The position numbers and the translations under genes were made by a program. 64,000 nucleotides of DNA, from NCBI RefSeq assembly GCF_000026545.1, contig NC_011601.1. One strand, given 5' to 3'. The stretch comes from Escherichia coli O127:H6 str. E2348/69. Its GTDB lineage: Bacteria; Pseudomonadota; Gammaproteobacteria; Enterobacterales; Enterobacteriaceae. The notes beneath the pieces are model-generated. The model saw only the letters and a list, made by a program, of their open reading frames with translations, had not been told where the DNA came from and ran no database searches. Shown here one piece after another: positions 30,628 through 42,579 of the stretch. Every line of letters starts with the position of its first letter. Within the stretch, counting starts at the first letter, position 1.

Positions 30628-33600
30628 TTATATCTGCCCGCCTACACCTTTAAACTTCTCAATAAACGCGACGATCTTCTGGAAAACCGTCTGTTTTTTC
30701 GTCTTATATTGCGGGTTTAACGGACTGAGTTTTGGCAATGTCTCGTTTAATTCCGTGCCATTTTCGGTGGCGTATTCGCGTTTTAAAGACGTGCGAATAT
30801 AGCGTTTCGCCGCCTCTTCATTGAGATTTTCTTCTTTAATCAACGCTTCTGCTTCACGTTGCTGTTCGCGTTGAGCAAAGGTAAAGAACGCGTCAATGAT
30901 GCTGGCTTTATCCGGCAAATCATCCAGGTTCGTTTGCTGAATAAAATCGACCACCAATCCTTCTTTAGCACGGTTCCCAAGGCTTGAACGAATTAAGCGT
31001 TTGACCTCTTCGGTCATTTCGCCCTTACCTTTGTTTTGTCTGTTGTGTTCGAAAATCAGTCCAAGGATATAATCCAGGTTTATTTCCTGAGACTTCAGCA
31101 AATCGACCTCAAAAACCACGTCATCCCAGTCGGTGGTTGATTTTTCTTTTTTGTCAGCTTCTTTCTCACGGCGCTGCCAGTCACGAATATCGTTATAGGC
31201 AGAACGATAATCCTGAATCTTGCGTTCAGCAGGGAGACGAATCGTTTGCAATTCAGCGAACTTTTCATCATCCACATAATGTTCTGCTTTGAATTTTTCT
31301 ACTGCAACAGGATCGCTAAGATCGATTTGTTGCAGGGCTTTCAGCGTGGCAAATTCATCATAGTTTTGCAGGATGTTCTCGGCACGCAGGTATTCACCAA
31401 ACAGTTTAACGAAGTCTTTCTTCTCTTTTTCACTTTCAATACTGGCAGGGTCAGGGAACCGTTGTTCCAGTTCTGCAACTACTGCCATAAAGCCGCGCTT
31501 AGCTTCACCAGTAGCAGCATCAGTAAAGCCTTCCATATACTCTGCATAACTCTTTTCTAACACTACATTTTTGGTGTTTTTGTCACCAAACAACGTTATG
31601 GCATCGATGGTTGAGCGTTCCAGATCGCGGAAAGTGACGATATTACCGAAGGTTTTAGTAGCGTCATAAATGCGGTTGGTGCGGGAAAATGCCTGCATCA
31701 GGCCGTGAAAACGCAAGTTTTTATCGACGAATAGCGTGTTCAATGTTGGAGCGTCGAAGCCGGTTAAAAACATCCCCACGACAATTAATAGATCGATATC
31801 CTGATTTTTAACCCGTTGGGCTAAATCACGATAGTAGTTCTGAAAACCGTTACTGTCGGTGCTGAAGTTAGTTTTAAAATAGCTGTTATACTCACGAATT
31901 GCAGCATCAAGAAACTCTTTAGCACTGCTGTCCATTGCGCTGGTATCAAAAGTTTCATCAGAAATTTCACCAATGGCATTTTGTTCTTCATTGGCGGTAA
32001 AGGAGAAGATTGTCGCAATACGCAGCGGTTTATAGGTAGCCGATTTATTAGCGGCTTCTTCTTGTAACCGTTTAAACGTCGCATAATAGGCTTTCGCGGC
32101 ATCCACGCTGCTCACTGCCAACATAGCATTAAAACCTTTTGAGCCAGGGAAGGTACGGTGGGTTTTCTGGCGGAAATTATTCAGAATATATTGCGTGATT
32201 TCCTGAATACGCATGGGATGAAGAAACGCCTGCTGATTTTCAGCCGCACTTAGTTTTTTCTCGTCAGTTTCTGTCTCTAAAGACTTAAACTGTGGTCGCA
32301 CATCGTTGTAGTCCACCTTGAATTTGAGCACTTTTTCGTCACGAATCGCATCGGTAATTACATACGAATGCAATTCACGACCAAATACGCTGGCGGTTGT
32401 TTCTGAGCCTAAGGCGTTTTCCGGGAAAATAGGGGTGCCGGTAAAACCAAACTGATAATAGCGTTTGAATTTCTTCTTCAGGTTTTTCTGCGCTTCTCCA
32501 AACTGGCTGCGGTGGCATTCATCAAATATAAACACCACTTGCTGATTATATACAGGCAGGTCGCTTTCTGCTTTCATCAGGTTATTGAGTTTCTGAATAG
32601 TAGTGACGATAATTTTGTTATCGTCCTTATCCAGATTTCGTTTAAGGCCTGCGGTATTTTCCGAGCCGTTGACGCTGTCTGGCGAAAAACGCTGATATTC
32701 CTTCATGGTCTGGTAATCGAGGTCTTTCCTGTCGACCACAAAGAAGACTTTATCAATAAAGTCCAGCTCTGTTGCCAGACGCGCGGCTTTAAAGCTGGTG
32801 AGGGTTTTACCAGAACCGGTAGTGTGCCAGATATACCCACCGCTTTCCGGTTTTGACCAGTTCTTCGCTGTAAAGGAACTCTTAATTTTCCACAGAATGC
32901 GCTCGGTGGCGGCAATCTGGTACGGTCGCATCACCAGTAGCGTCTGACTACTGTCAAAAACGCTGTAGTTCACCAGAACATTCAGCAGAGTATGTTTCTG
33001 GAAAAAGGTAGCGGTAAAGTCTTTGAGGTCTTTAATCAGCGTGTTGTCTGATTTCGCCCAGTTCATGGTGAAGTCAAAACTGTTTTTATCGCGCTTTGTC
33101 GTGTTGGCAAAATAACGGGTATCGGTGCCGTTAGAAATGACAAACAGTTGCAGATACTTAAACAGGGAATTTTCGCTGTTAAAACTCTCTTTACTGTAAC
33201 GATGTATCTGGTTGAAAGCCTCACGAATCGCCACCCCGCGTTTTTTTAGTTCGATTTGCACCAGCGGTAAACCATTAACCAGGATCGTGACGTCATAACG
33301 GTTAGCATGAGAACCCGTCTGTTCAAACTGCTGGATAATCTGCACCTTATTGCGCATGAGATTCTTTTTATCTATCAAATAGATGTTCTCAAGTCGCCCG
33401 TCGTCAAAAATAAAGTCGCAGATATAGTCGATATGGATTTTACGGGTTTTATCCAGAATACCATCGCTGGGGTTGTCCAGATACTGCTCCGTGAAGCGCC
33501 GCCACTCGCTGTCATTAAACATCACACCATTGAGGCTCTGAAGCTGTTCCCGAACATTAGACAGCATTGCCGACTGTGATTTTACGGAAATAAATTCATA

Positions 33601-33744
33601 ACCCTGATTCCGCAGGTCCTGAATCAGTTCACGTTCCAGGTCCGATTCGCTCTGGTAGCTGTCGCTTGTTTGCTCAGCTTTGATGTACTTATCAAGGACG
33701 ATAAAGTTATTGGATTCAGCAATGGTGTGTGTTTGATGAGTCAT
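30628..33744 (-). CDS. hsdR: type I restriction enzyme R subunit, type IC (EcoR124I family)
   Basis: 1038 aa, near-identical over its length to my recollection of EcoR124I HsdR ([24 protein letters not shown]...). Motifs TGSGKT and FDECHRS. Confidence 0.95.
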   Translation of the reverse strand: MTHQTHTIAESNNFIVLDKYIKAEQTSDSYQSESDLERELIQDLRNQGYEFISVKSQSAMLSNVREQLQSLNGVMFNDSEWRRFTEQYLDNPSDGILDKTRKIHIDYICDFIFDDGRLENIYLIDKKNLMRNKVQIIQQFEQTGSHANRYDVTILVNGLPLVQIELKKRGVAIREAFNQIHRYSKESFNSENSLFKYLQLFVISNGTDTRYFANTTKRDKNSFDFTMNWAKSDNTLIKDLKDFTATFFQKHTLLNVLVNYSVFDSSQTLLVMRPYQIAATERILWKIKSSFTAKNWSKPESGGYIWHTTGSGKTLTSFKAARLATELDFIDKVFFVVDRKDLDYQTMKEYQRFSPDSVNGSENTAGLKRNLDKDDNKIIVTTIQKLNNLMKAESDLPVYNQQVVFIFDECHRSQFGEAQKNLKKKFKRYYQFGFTGTPIFPENALGSETTASVFGRELHSYVITDAIRDEKVLKFKVDYNDVRPQFKSLETETDEKKLSAAENQQAFLHPMRIQEITQYILNNFRQKTHRTFPGSKGFNAMLAVSSVDAAKAYYATFKRLQEEAANKSATYKPLRIATIFSFTANEEQNAIGEISDETFDTSAMDSSAKEFLDAAIREYNSYFKTNFSTDSNGFQNYYRDLAQRVKNQDIDLLIVVGMFLTGFDAPTLNTLFVDKNLRFHGLMQAFSRTNRIYDATKTFGNIVTFRDLERSTIDAITLFGDKNTKNVVLEKSYAEYMEGFTDAATGEAKRGFMAVVAELEQRFPDPASIESEKEKKDFVKLFGEYLRAENILQNYDEFATLKALQQIDLSDPVAVEKFKAEHYVDDEKFAELQTIRLPAERKIQDYRSAYNDIRDWQRREKEADKKEKSTTDWDDVVFEVDLLKSQEINLDYILGLIFEHNRQNKGKGEMTEEVKRLIRSSLGNRAKEGLVVDFIQQTNLDDLPDKASIIDAFFTFAQREQQREAEALIKEENLNEEAAKRYIRTSLKREYATENGTELNETLPKLSPLNPQYKTKKQTVFQKIVAFIEKFKGVGGQI

Positions 33745-33865
33745 AGCGCATCCTTTGTGCCGCCTGGCAAGAGCCGGAAGGGCGTTAAGAGTGACTTCCG
33801 GCGCGTAAAAAATAGTCTATATACTGACCGGGTGTTAAGGTGGCCCGATCGGTAGCAATGGTCAA

Positions 33866-35088
<1,223 letters not shown>

Positions 35089-35092
<4 letters not shown>

Positions 35093-36645
35093 TTTTGCAC
35101 CTCGCAGCCTTCAATTTCAGCCACAATCGCATCAATATCTTTACGCAACTGGTCGATTTTGCTAACCGTAGTTTTAAGCTCTGCATTTAGCTCAGCAATA
35201 TTGATAATTTCGCGGTTATCTTTCGCTTCTACATAGCAGCTCACCGACAGGTTATAGTCATTAGCGACAACGGTCTCAAACGCGACAGATTTCGCCAGAT
35301 GAGCAACATCTTCCTTGCTGGCAAATACCTGCATAATCTGTTCGATATGGGCATCGGTCAGGATATTGTTGTTGGTCTCTTTTTTGAATAGTTCGCTGGC
35401 ATCAATAAACTGAACTTTGGTATCCGTTTTATGTTTAGACAGCACCAGAATATTTACGGCAATGGTGGTGCCAAAGAACAGGTTCGGTGCCAGTGAAATC
35501 ACGGTTTCGACATAGTTATTGTCAACCAGATACTGACGGATTTTCTGCTCCGCGCCGCCACGGTAAAAAATGCCCGGGAAGCAGACAATCGCAGCACGAC
35601 CTTTGGCAGAAAGATAGTTCAGCGCATGTAATACAAACGCAAAGTCAGCTTTGGATTTGGGGGCCAGAACGCCAGCCGGGGCAAAACGCTCATCGTTAAT
35701 CAGCGTCGGGTCATCGCTGCCAATCCATTTCACCGAATACGGCGGGTTAGAAACGATGGCATCAAACGGTTTTTCATCTCTGAAGTGCGGCTCAGTCAGC
35801 GTATTGCCCAGCTTGATATCAAACTTGTCGTAGTTGATGTTGTGCAAAAACATGTTCATACGTGCCAGGTTATAGGTCGTATGGTTGATTTCCTGTCCGA
35901 AAAAGCCTTCTTCAATGATATGGTTATCAAACTGCTTTTTAGCCTGCAACAACAGTGAGCCGGAACCCGCTGCCGGGTCGTAGATTTTGTTAACGTTGGT
36001 CTGCCCGTGCATAGCCAGTTGTGCAATCAGCTTGGAGACGTGCTGCGGTGTAAAGAACTCACCGCCTGACTTACCGGCATTTGCCGCATAGTTAGAAATC
36101 AGGAACTCATAGGCATCACCGAACAGGTCAATCTGATGTTCGTTGAAGTTACCAAGTTTTAACCCTTCAACCCCTTTCAGAACCGCAGCCAGGCGGGCAT
36201 TTTTATCTTTAACGGTGTTACCCAGGCGGTTACTGGTGGTATCGAAATCAGCAAACAAACCTTTGATGTCTGCTTCTGAAGGGTAGCCGTAAGCAGAACT
36301 TTCGATAGCAACGAAGATGCTGTTTAAATCTGCATTCAGTCTGTCATTGGTATTTGCTTTCGCCGCTACGTTGCAGAAAAGCTGACTGGGGTAGATGAAG
36401 TAGCCTTTAGTTTTGATGGCATCGTCTTTAATATCATCAGTAATTACGCTGTCATCCAGTTTCGCATAACAGATACTGTCATCACCGGCTTCAATATAGC
36501 TGGAAAAATTTTCGCTGATAAAACGGTAGAAAAGCGCGCCCAGAACGTATTGCTTAAAATCCCATCCATCGACCGAACCTCTGACATCGTTAGCAATTTG
36601 CCAGATTTGGCGATGAAGCTCCGCGCGCTGCTGAAGACTGGTCAT
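35089..36645 (-). CDS. hsdM: type I N6-adenine DNA methyltransferase M subunit
   Basis: 518 aa with motif [11 protein letters not shown] and motif IV NPPY ([10 protein letters not shown]). Its stop overlaps the hsdS start. Confidence 0.95.
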
Positions 36646-36951
36646 TTTTTATCCTTTGAATGTGTTTTTAACGTCGGCTTTTGCCGGGATTTTACCGGAA
36701 GTTTTTTGGTTTTTCAGATTTGTATGATGGTGAGGAGGGGATTCAGTACCAGATTGTTAGTGCATCTTATTCAGCATTCACCGTTTGAGTCAGGAGGCTA
36801 TTTTATATGCCCATCGCCCATCCGTAGGTGATCAGATAATTTATTGCGAGTCACCTTCCCGATTTTCAATCTCATTATTTACCCAATATTTCACCAGAGG
36901 ATAATCCGTCTGCTACTAACGGCGAGTGTATTTTTTTACGGATGAAAGATT

Positions 36952-37785
36952 ATGCAAACAGAAGCTGAAGTCTTAACCGATCACAACGAGATAATTCGCT
37001 CGACCAATATTGAGCGTATCGTCACAGGACGTGATAGCGCACTGAAGCTGATAGCGACGCTAATCCAAAAACTGGATGATATCTCCAGTCTGACATCCAG
37101 TATTGGCGGTGATGTGGCTGGAACCTGGGGAATGCGTAATGGATATGCCTTTGACTGCTGGCTGATGCAACCAACCGACAAAGCGATGTCGGCGATCACC
37201 CGCAATATCGATCGCAGCATCTGGCGCGATCTCATGCTGAAGTCCGGGATGTTGACTCTGATGGATGCCGAAGCCCGCAGTCAGTGGGCAAAGAACCTGG
37301 AGGAGGGCGATCTCCCGGCGATTAGCGAAGCCAACATCCTGAGTACCTTTGAACAACTCCACCACAATAAGCATGATGTTTTCGAACGTGGGATTATCAA
37401 TGTATTTAAGGGATTGAGCTGGGATTACAAAACCAATAATCCCTGTTATTTCGGTAAGAAGATTATCGTTAACAATCTGGTGAAGCATGACCGATGGGGT
37501 TACAGCCTGCACTGGGGCTGGCGGCGAGATCAGCTTGCCGATCTGGAACGGATGTTCTATCTGCTGGATGGGAAGGCCATTCCCGATAACCGGCATGATG
37601 TTGCGATTCGGTTTATGGACTTCGTTAGTGCTCACCCGCATGAGCAGGTATTTAATGACGATTTATTTGTCATCCGCTATTACCAGAAAGGCAGTGGACA
37701 CATCACATTCAAGCGACTGGATCTGGTGGATAAGATGAATGACATTGTGGCGAAGCACTATCCGTCAGCGTTATCAGCAAAATGA
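36952..37785 (+). CDS. DUF4942-like protein, unknown function
   Basis: 277 aa, divergent from hsdM. The C-terminal pattern FVIRYYQKGSGHITFKRLDLVDKMN resembles DUF4942-type proteins as I recall them. I see no catalytic motif. Confidence 0.5.
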   Translation: MQTEAEVLTDHNEIIRSTNIERIVTGRDSALKLIATLIQKLDDISSLTSSIGGDVAGTWGMRNGYAFDCWLMQPTDKAMSAITRNIDRSIWRDLMLKSGMLTLMDAEARSQWAKNLEEGDLPAISEANILSTFEQLHHNKHDVFERGIINVFKGLSWDYKTNNPCYFGKKIIVNNLVKHDRWGYSLHWGWRRDQLADLERMFYLLDGKAIPDNRHDVAIRFMDFVSAHPHEQVFNDDLFVIRYYQKGSGHITFKRLDLVDKMNDIVAKHYPSALSAK

Positions 37786-38146
37786 ATGTCGTATGTTTGC
37801 TGTCAAAATGTCGTTACTGGAACCCTCTGAATTTCGGCATATCCATTTACTGGAAATAATACCTACCTGAAAAACCGTTGATTCCCTATGCAACTAGAAA
37901 CCGCACACAGGTTGAAAAAACGAGTAGCTATTTTACGTCTGAAAGAATGCTATAGCCTTCTCTGAGAGCCACCAACATCATGCGTTTTGCAGTTCAAAGT
38001 CATCAGATAAATGTGGTGGCTCCAGGGCAGAAGGTAATTTCAGGATGAAAGTTATTTTTTTTATCACAAAATTTAACATTTTTGAGATTAATCCGATAAG
38101 ATAAGGCTATCCCAATTTCCCTCCCCCCTACATATTGGATTAAGAG

Positions 38147-40201
38147 ATGGTTCAGGATTCATCAGCATTAGCCCCTTTCTTTCGTGCTCAAATTGAAAAA
38201 AATAATCAATACAATTCAGTTTGGGGCAAACACTACCGCGAGCTTGTAGAACAGATTCAGGCCGAAAAACCAAACTTTTCTGAAGCCACGATTCGGCAGG
38301 TATGGTATGAACGTGACAATGGTGTCTCCAGCCTGATGCAAGGTGGGATGTCATTGGTTGAATTTGAAAATGCACAAAAAGACCTTCTAACGCTCACCCG
38401 TCAGATAGCAGAAGAGTGTACACAAGAAAATTATAATCGGGTCATTGAACGTCTTATCAAACTTAAAGCGGACGGAGTATTAAATAAGGTATATAGGGCT
38501 CTTTGTAATCGTGCTTTTGCAGCAATATACCCATCAAAAATTAGCAGTGTCGTGAATGTTAATAATTTTTTTAGTTGCTACAATTATTGCAACAACCATT
38601 TCCAGCTAGGTCTTTCCGGAGAACGGGAGTGGCTGGCTCGCAATGTTGATCTTAAAGAAACGCTAAATCGTGCGCTGGGTGATGATATCGACCCTATTGA
38701 GCTGAATATGTCACTTTGGCATCTCTATGCGTATGAAATTCAGGATAAAAATGCTATCGGTTTAGTTGGAAGCGAAAGTGCTTTACAAGAAAATGAGCAA
38801 GAAGATGATGTTATAAGTTCGCCATTGCCTAAAAACACAATTCTCTATGGCCCGCCAGGTACAGGTAAAACATATCGTACTATTGAGCTTGCTGTACAAA
38901 TTTGTGATCCGATCGCTTACTCCCTGCAGGAGGGTAAGGATGAGAGTGAAAAACGTCGCGAGTTGAAAAAGATTTATGATCAGCTTATCAAAGATAATCG
39001 AGTGCGTTTTATCACCTTTCATCAGAGCTTTGGTTATGAAGAGTTTATTGAAGGTTTAAGAGCTGAGACTACTGATGACGGTAATGTAAAATACGAAATA
39101 AAGGCAGGTATTTTTAAACAGATATGCGAGGATGCCGCCTTTGGTCATGCTGGTGCGCAGGAAATGTTGGATAGCGCACTTACTCGCCTACAAGAACGTT
39201 TATCTGAAGGTGAAAATATCACGCTGGAAACACAACAGGGTAAGGCCTTCCAGCTGACGTATAAAAGTCAAACCAACTTTGGAATTTTTCCGTCACAATC
39301 GAAAAAAGAGGATTTAGGACAGGGTTACAATGCCTATTTGAAGGATATTCGGCAAGTTTATCAGGATCCACGAGCAAAAGTACATAATCCATCTTATGTA
39401 CGCAGTATCCTTAACTATTTAATTAATCAACGTTATCTGCCTCTGAATACTCAGAGCGTAGCTTCAGAAAAAAAGGAAAACTATGTTCTCATTATTGATG
39501 AAATAAATCGGGGTAATATTTCAAAAATTTTTGGTGAACTAATTACCCTTATTGAGCCATCTAAACGGGCTGGTGAGCCAGAATCGCTTAGCGTATTGCT
39601 GCCATACTCTTCCACTCCATTTAGTGTACCGAATAACCTTTATTTAATTGGTACCATGAACACTGCTGATCATTCGCTTACTGCACTTGATACTGCACTA
39701 CGTCGCAGATTTGATTTTGAAGCGATGCTGCCAGATATTACTGTTCTGAAAGATACTGTCATTAAAGGTATTGATCTGCCTCGTCTATTGCAGACGCTTA
39801 ACGATCGCATCCAGGTTTTATACGATAGAGAACATATGCTGGGGCATGCTTTTTTTATCCCTGTTGTGCAGGCAAAAGAAGACGAAGCTCTGGCATTTGA
39901 AAGATTCAAACGGATTATGCGAAATAAGATACTACCATTGCTGGAAGAATATTTTTACAATGACTGGCAAAAAATTCGCATGGTACTGGCTGATAACCAA
40001 AAAGAGGAAGCACCAGATCTTCAATTTGTACGTGAGGTGAAATACCAGAAAAAGTATGCCGATCTCTTTGGTGATAACGGAACAGATGACTTGGGAACCA
40101 GTTTTCACCTGGCAGCAGAGGATGACAACGTTTGGGACAATCCAATCGCCTGGCAGCAAATTTATGCACCTCAAAAAGAAAAACGCAGGAGTGCGGAATG
40201 A
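38147..40201 (+). CDS. McrB-family AAA+ GTPase with a non-canonical N-terminal domain and an internal insertion
   Basis: 684 aa with Walker A GPPGTGKT (aa 235-242), FITFHQSFGYEEFIEG, Walker B YVLIIDEINRGN (aa 446-457) and the McrB signature MNTADHS. Confidence 0.85.
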   Translation: MVQDSSALAPFFRAQIEKNNQYNSVWGKHYRELVEQIQAEKPNFSEATIRQVWYERDNGVSSLMQGGMSLVEFENAQKDLLTLTRQIAEECTQENYNRVIERLIKLKADGVLNKVYRALCNRAFAAIYPSKISSVVNVNNFFSCYNYCNNHFQLGLSGEREWLARNVDLKETLNRALGDDIDPIELNMSLWHLYAYEIQDKNAIGLVGSESALQENEQEDDVISSPLPKNTILYGPPGTGKTYRTIELAVQICDPIAYSLQEGKDESEKRRELKKIYDQLIKDNRVRFITFHQSFGYEEFIEGLRAETTDDGNVKYEIKAGIFKQICEDAAFGHAGAQEMLDSALTRLQERLSEGENITLETQQGKAFQLTYKSQTNFGIFPSQSKKEDLGQGYNAYLKDIRQVYQDPRAKVHNPSYVRSILNYLINQRYLPLNTQSVASEKKENYVLIIDEINRGNISKIFGELITLIEPSKRAGEPESLSVLLPYSSTPFSVPNNLYLIGTMNTADHSLTALDTALRRRFDFEAMLPDITVLKDTVIKGIDLPRLLQTLNDRIQVLYDREHMLGHAFFIPVVQAKEDEALAFERFKRIMRNKILPLLEEYFYNDWQKIRMVLADNQKEEAPDLQFVREVKYQKKYADLFGDNGTDDLGTSFHLAAEDDNVWDNPIAWQQIYAPQKEKRRSAE

Positions 40202-41508
40202 AATCTTCCAGTCATTTCACTGTGTTCGAATACGGGCATTTAGTGAGTGAGGAAGGTGATGCCCGTATAAATAATGCGGTAGTGCTACCTGCAGACCTAT
40301 TTAAATGGCTTGAGCTGCGCTGTCTGAAAGACGATGCTGATAATACTCATCGTTTGCTCACCCTTAGCAGCCGGAATGGAGTAAAAACGCTGCAGGTAAA
40401 AAACTATGCAGGAGTAATCTCACTGCCAGGGGGGCGATTTCTCGAAATCCTGCCTAAAACAGGTCAGGATAATGAGGATACTGTTCGTCAACAATTACTG
40501 ATGATGTTACGTACGTTAAAATCATTTCGTCATATTGCCTCCTCTGAATCTGGCGTCAAAATATCTAAAATGCCTCTGATGGATATCTTTATTCAACAAT
40601 TTATAGAGAGCGTGCGTAAGATTGTGCAGAGAGGGTTAAAACGTGACTATTTACGTCAGGAAGATAATCTTCCATGGATGAAAGGAAGATTACGGATCTC
40701 TGCACAATTAAGCAAAAACTGTATTAGGCGGGATCGTTTTCAGGTGGAGTATGACGAGTACAGCGTCAATCGTCTGGAAAACCGGATACTCAAAACTGCA
40801 ATCAATAAGATTAGTCGCCAGACCAGTAATCCACAATTATTACAGCAGATAACACAGCTGCAGTTTCACTTTGAAAATATCACGTCAGTTCATGATGCTT
40901 ATATAGCTTTCGAGCAGTTACACTTTGATAGACAAATGCATCACTATGAGCAAGCATTAGCGTGGGCGAAGATGATTTTATTGGGCGATTCTCCACACTG
41001 TATGTATGGGGATGTTAATGCTTTTTCACTGCTTTTCCCGATGGAGGCTGTTTTTGAATCTTTTGTGACGACATGGATGCGTTATCGTTATTATGATAAA
41101 TGGCGAGTGGACGCACAGGTAAGTTCAAAAAATCTGATTAGTTATAACGGTAAAGCTTTATTTAAGCTGCGGCCTGATATTTGTTTACGGCCTCGTAAAA
41201 GTACTACTGGTTCAGTTATTACCTGTGATGTTAAATGGAAGATAGTAAATGGCAGAAAGGACAGTCTTGAACAATCTCAAGCCGATCTCTACCAAATGCT
41301 TGCCTATGGATTGAATTACCAGGAGGGGGAAGGTGATATGATTTTGATATACCCCTATCATAACGGATTTAATCAGCCATCTCCTCATCCTTATGAATTT
41401 AGCCATCAGAAGGAAAATAGGTTACGTTTATGGGTTGTACCTTTCTTTATTGGCGAGAGTTTACAAACATCAGAGTTGCGTTTTCCTGGTGGGGCTGAAT
41501 TTATTTAG
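40198..41508 (+). CDS. McrC-like nuclease subunit
   Basis: The ATG at 40198 overlaps the mcrB-like stop (ATGA) and has RBS AGGAG 6 nt upstream. 436 aa with a PD-(D/E)xK-like LRPDI...CDVKWK. Confidence 0.8.
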   Translation: MKSSSHFTVFEYGHLVSEEGDARINNAVVLPADLFKWLELRCLKDDADNTHRLLTLSSRNGVKTLQVKNYAGVISLPGGRFLEILPKTGQDNEDTVRQQLLMMLRTLKSFRHIASSESGVKISKMPLMDIFIQQFIESVRKIVQRGLKRDYLRQEDNLPWMKGRLRISAQLSKNCIRRDRFQVEYDEYSVNRLENRILKTAINKISRQTSNPQLLQQITQLQFHFENITSVHDAYIAFEQLHFDRQMHHYEQALAWAKMILLGDSPHCMYGDVNAFSLLFPMEAVFESFVTTWMRYRYYDKWRVDAQVSSKNLISYNGKALFKLRPDICLRPRKSTTGSVITCDVKWKIVNGRKDSLEQSQADLYQMLAYGLNYQEGEGDMILIYPYHNGFNQPSPHPYEFSHQKENRLRLWVVPFFIGESLQTSELRFPGGAEFI

Positions 41509-41570
41509 TATTTGTAGGCTATCTCTTTATACAATTTATTTGTCTATTTGTATGCACAAAATAGCCTACC

Positions 41571-42443
41571 TCACCCCCTAAAAACCTCTTTCCGATGCCA
41601 CTCTACAAACACCTCATAAGGGTAATTTTTACGTACCTGCGGCAAAGCAATAGTTTTCCCGTCAAAATCCCAGAATAGTTTCTCAACGATCCCTCCGCCG
41701 TTTACCGCATCTGATACCAGTACCCGCATATTTTCGTCCAGGCCAATCGATCCTTTATCAAAGGCTTTATGGTGAATTGCGCAAAGCGCCAGGCCATTAG
41801 GAATTTCACAAGGACCGCCGTGCTGTTTCCATTTTATATGCGCCGCTTCAAGCGCGACGGTGGTGTCGTCGTGGCGCATATTAAAGCCACATATCGCGCA
41901 CTGGTAGTTATAAGCGCGTAATACATTTTTGCGAAATAACGGGTCGCGCTGTTTACGGATTTGCTGGAGGTCAAAACCCAATTCGTCAGCAATTTCCTCC
42001 TGAATACTCTCGGTAAAATGCGCTTCGAGTATCTGTTGCGCCAGGGTATTGATGAGTTTTTTATTGCCGGTTACCAGGGCGTAGTGCTGTTCATCGAAAC
42101 CGCCTGCAACGCGGTGTTCGGTCAGTTCCTTCACTGGCGGTTGTCGGCTGCTCCCTGCTGTTGAGCAAAGCCCGGCATTGTGTAATTGCCAGAATCCGTC
42201 GCCTTGTAATCGCCAGAACGGCATATCAGGTCGGTACTGTGAACGCTGTGGCCCAAAACGTTCCAGTAAACTGTGCAGAGGTTCGTAGATTTCCGAGCCA
42301 TAATCGAAAAGGCGCGGATGTCCATTCAGGTATCCCGCTAATACGTATAGCAATAACAATGGCTTATGCGGCGCGCGCTGTTCACCCTTGTGCCAGATTT
42401 TTATATTGGCAATTGCCTGCTGTAGCGATTTACTGGAAGCCAT
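41571..42443 (-). CDS. HNH (HNH_2-type) endonuclease with an N-terminal putative modified-DNA reader domain
   Basis: I prefer the start at MASSKSLQQ (42443, RBS AGGGA). The C-terminus is YQCAICGFNMRHDDTTVALEAAHIKW...NGLALCAIHHKAFDKG. The N-terminus has RAPHKPLLLLYVL ... PFWRLQGDGFW. Confidence 0.7.
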   Translation of the reverse strand: MASSKSLQQAIANIKIWHKGEQRAPHKPLLLLYVLAGYLNGHPRLFDYGSEIYEPLHSLLERFGPQRSQYRPDMPFWRLQGDGFWQLHNAGLCSTAGSSRQPPVKELTEHRVAGGFDEQHYALVTGNKKLINTLAQQILEAHFTESIQEEIADELGFDLQQIRKQRDPLFRKNVLRAYNYQCAICGFNMRHDDTTVALEAAHIKWKQHGGPCEIPNGLALCAIHHKAFDKGSIGLDENMRVLVSDAVNGGGIVEKLFWDFDGKTIALPQVRKNYPYEVFVEWHRKEVFRG

Positions 42444-42579
42444 TGATATCCCTGGCAGTGAAATAATTGCGATCATGCTCGCAAATTTTCTTCTGTTCAA
42501 GCCTGCAAGTGAAGATATATTACTTTGATCTCATTTGTTTTTTTGCTGCCTGCTCTGAGAACGTATAAGGATATTCCCC

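Noticed and set aside
33745-33865. Possible prrC-type anticodon nuclease between hsdS and hsdR, as in the type IC EcoprrI locus.
   Set aside because: The gap is only 121 bp and contains no ORF, so no prrC is present.
37966-38017. Inverted repeat gagccacca ... tggtggctc upstream of the McrB-like gene.
   Set aside because: It is a single 9-bp stem with a ~33-nt loop and has no flanking promoter or terminator features that I could define.
41514-41569. 9-bp inverted repeat gtaggctat / atagcctac between the convergent mcrC-like and HNH genes.
   Set aside because: The 38-nt AT-rich loop makes a stable terminator hairpin doubtful. It may still act as a weak bidirectional terminator, but I could not support that.
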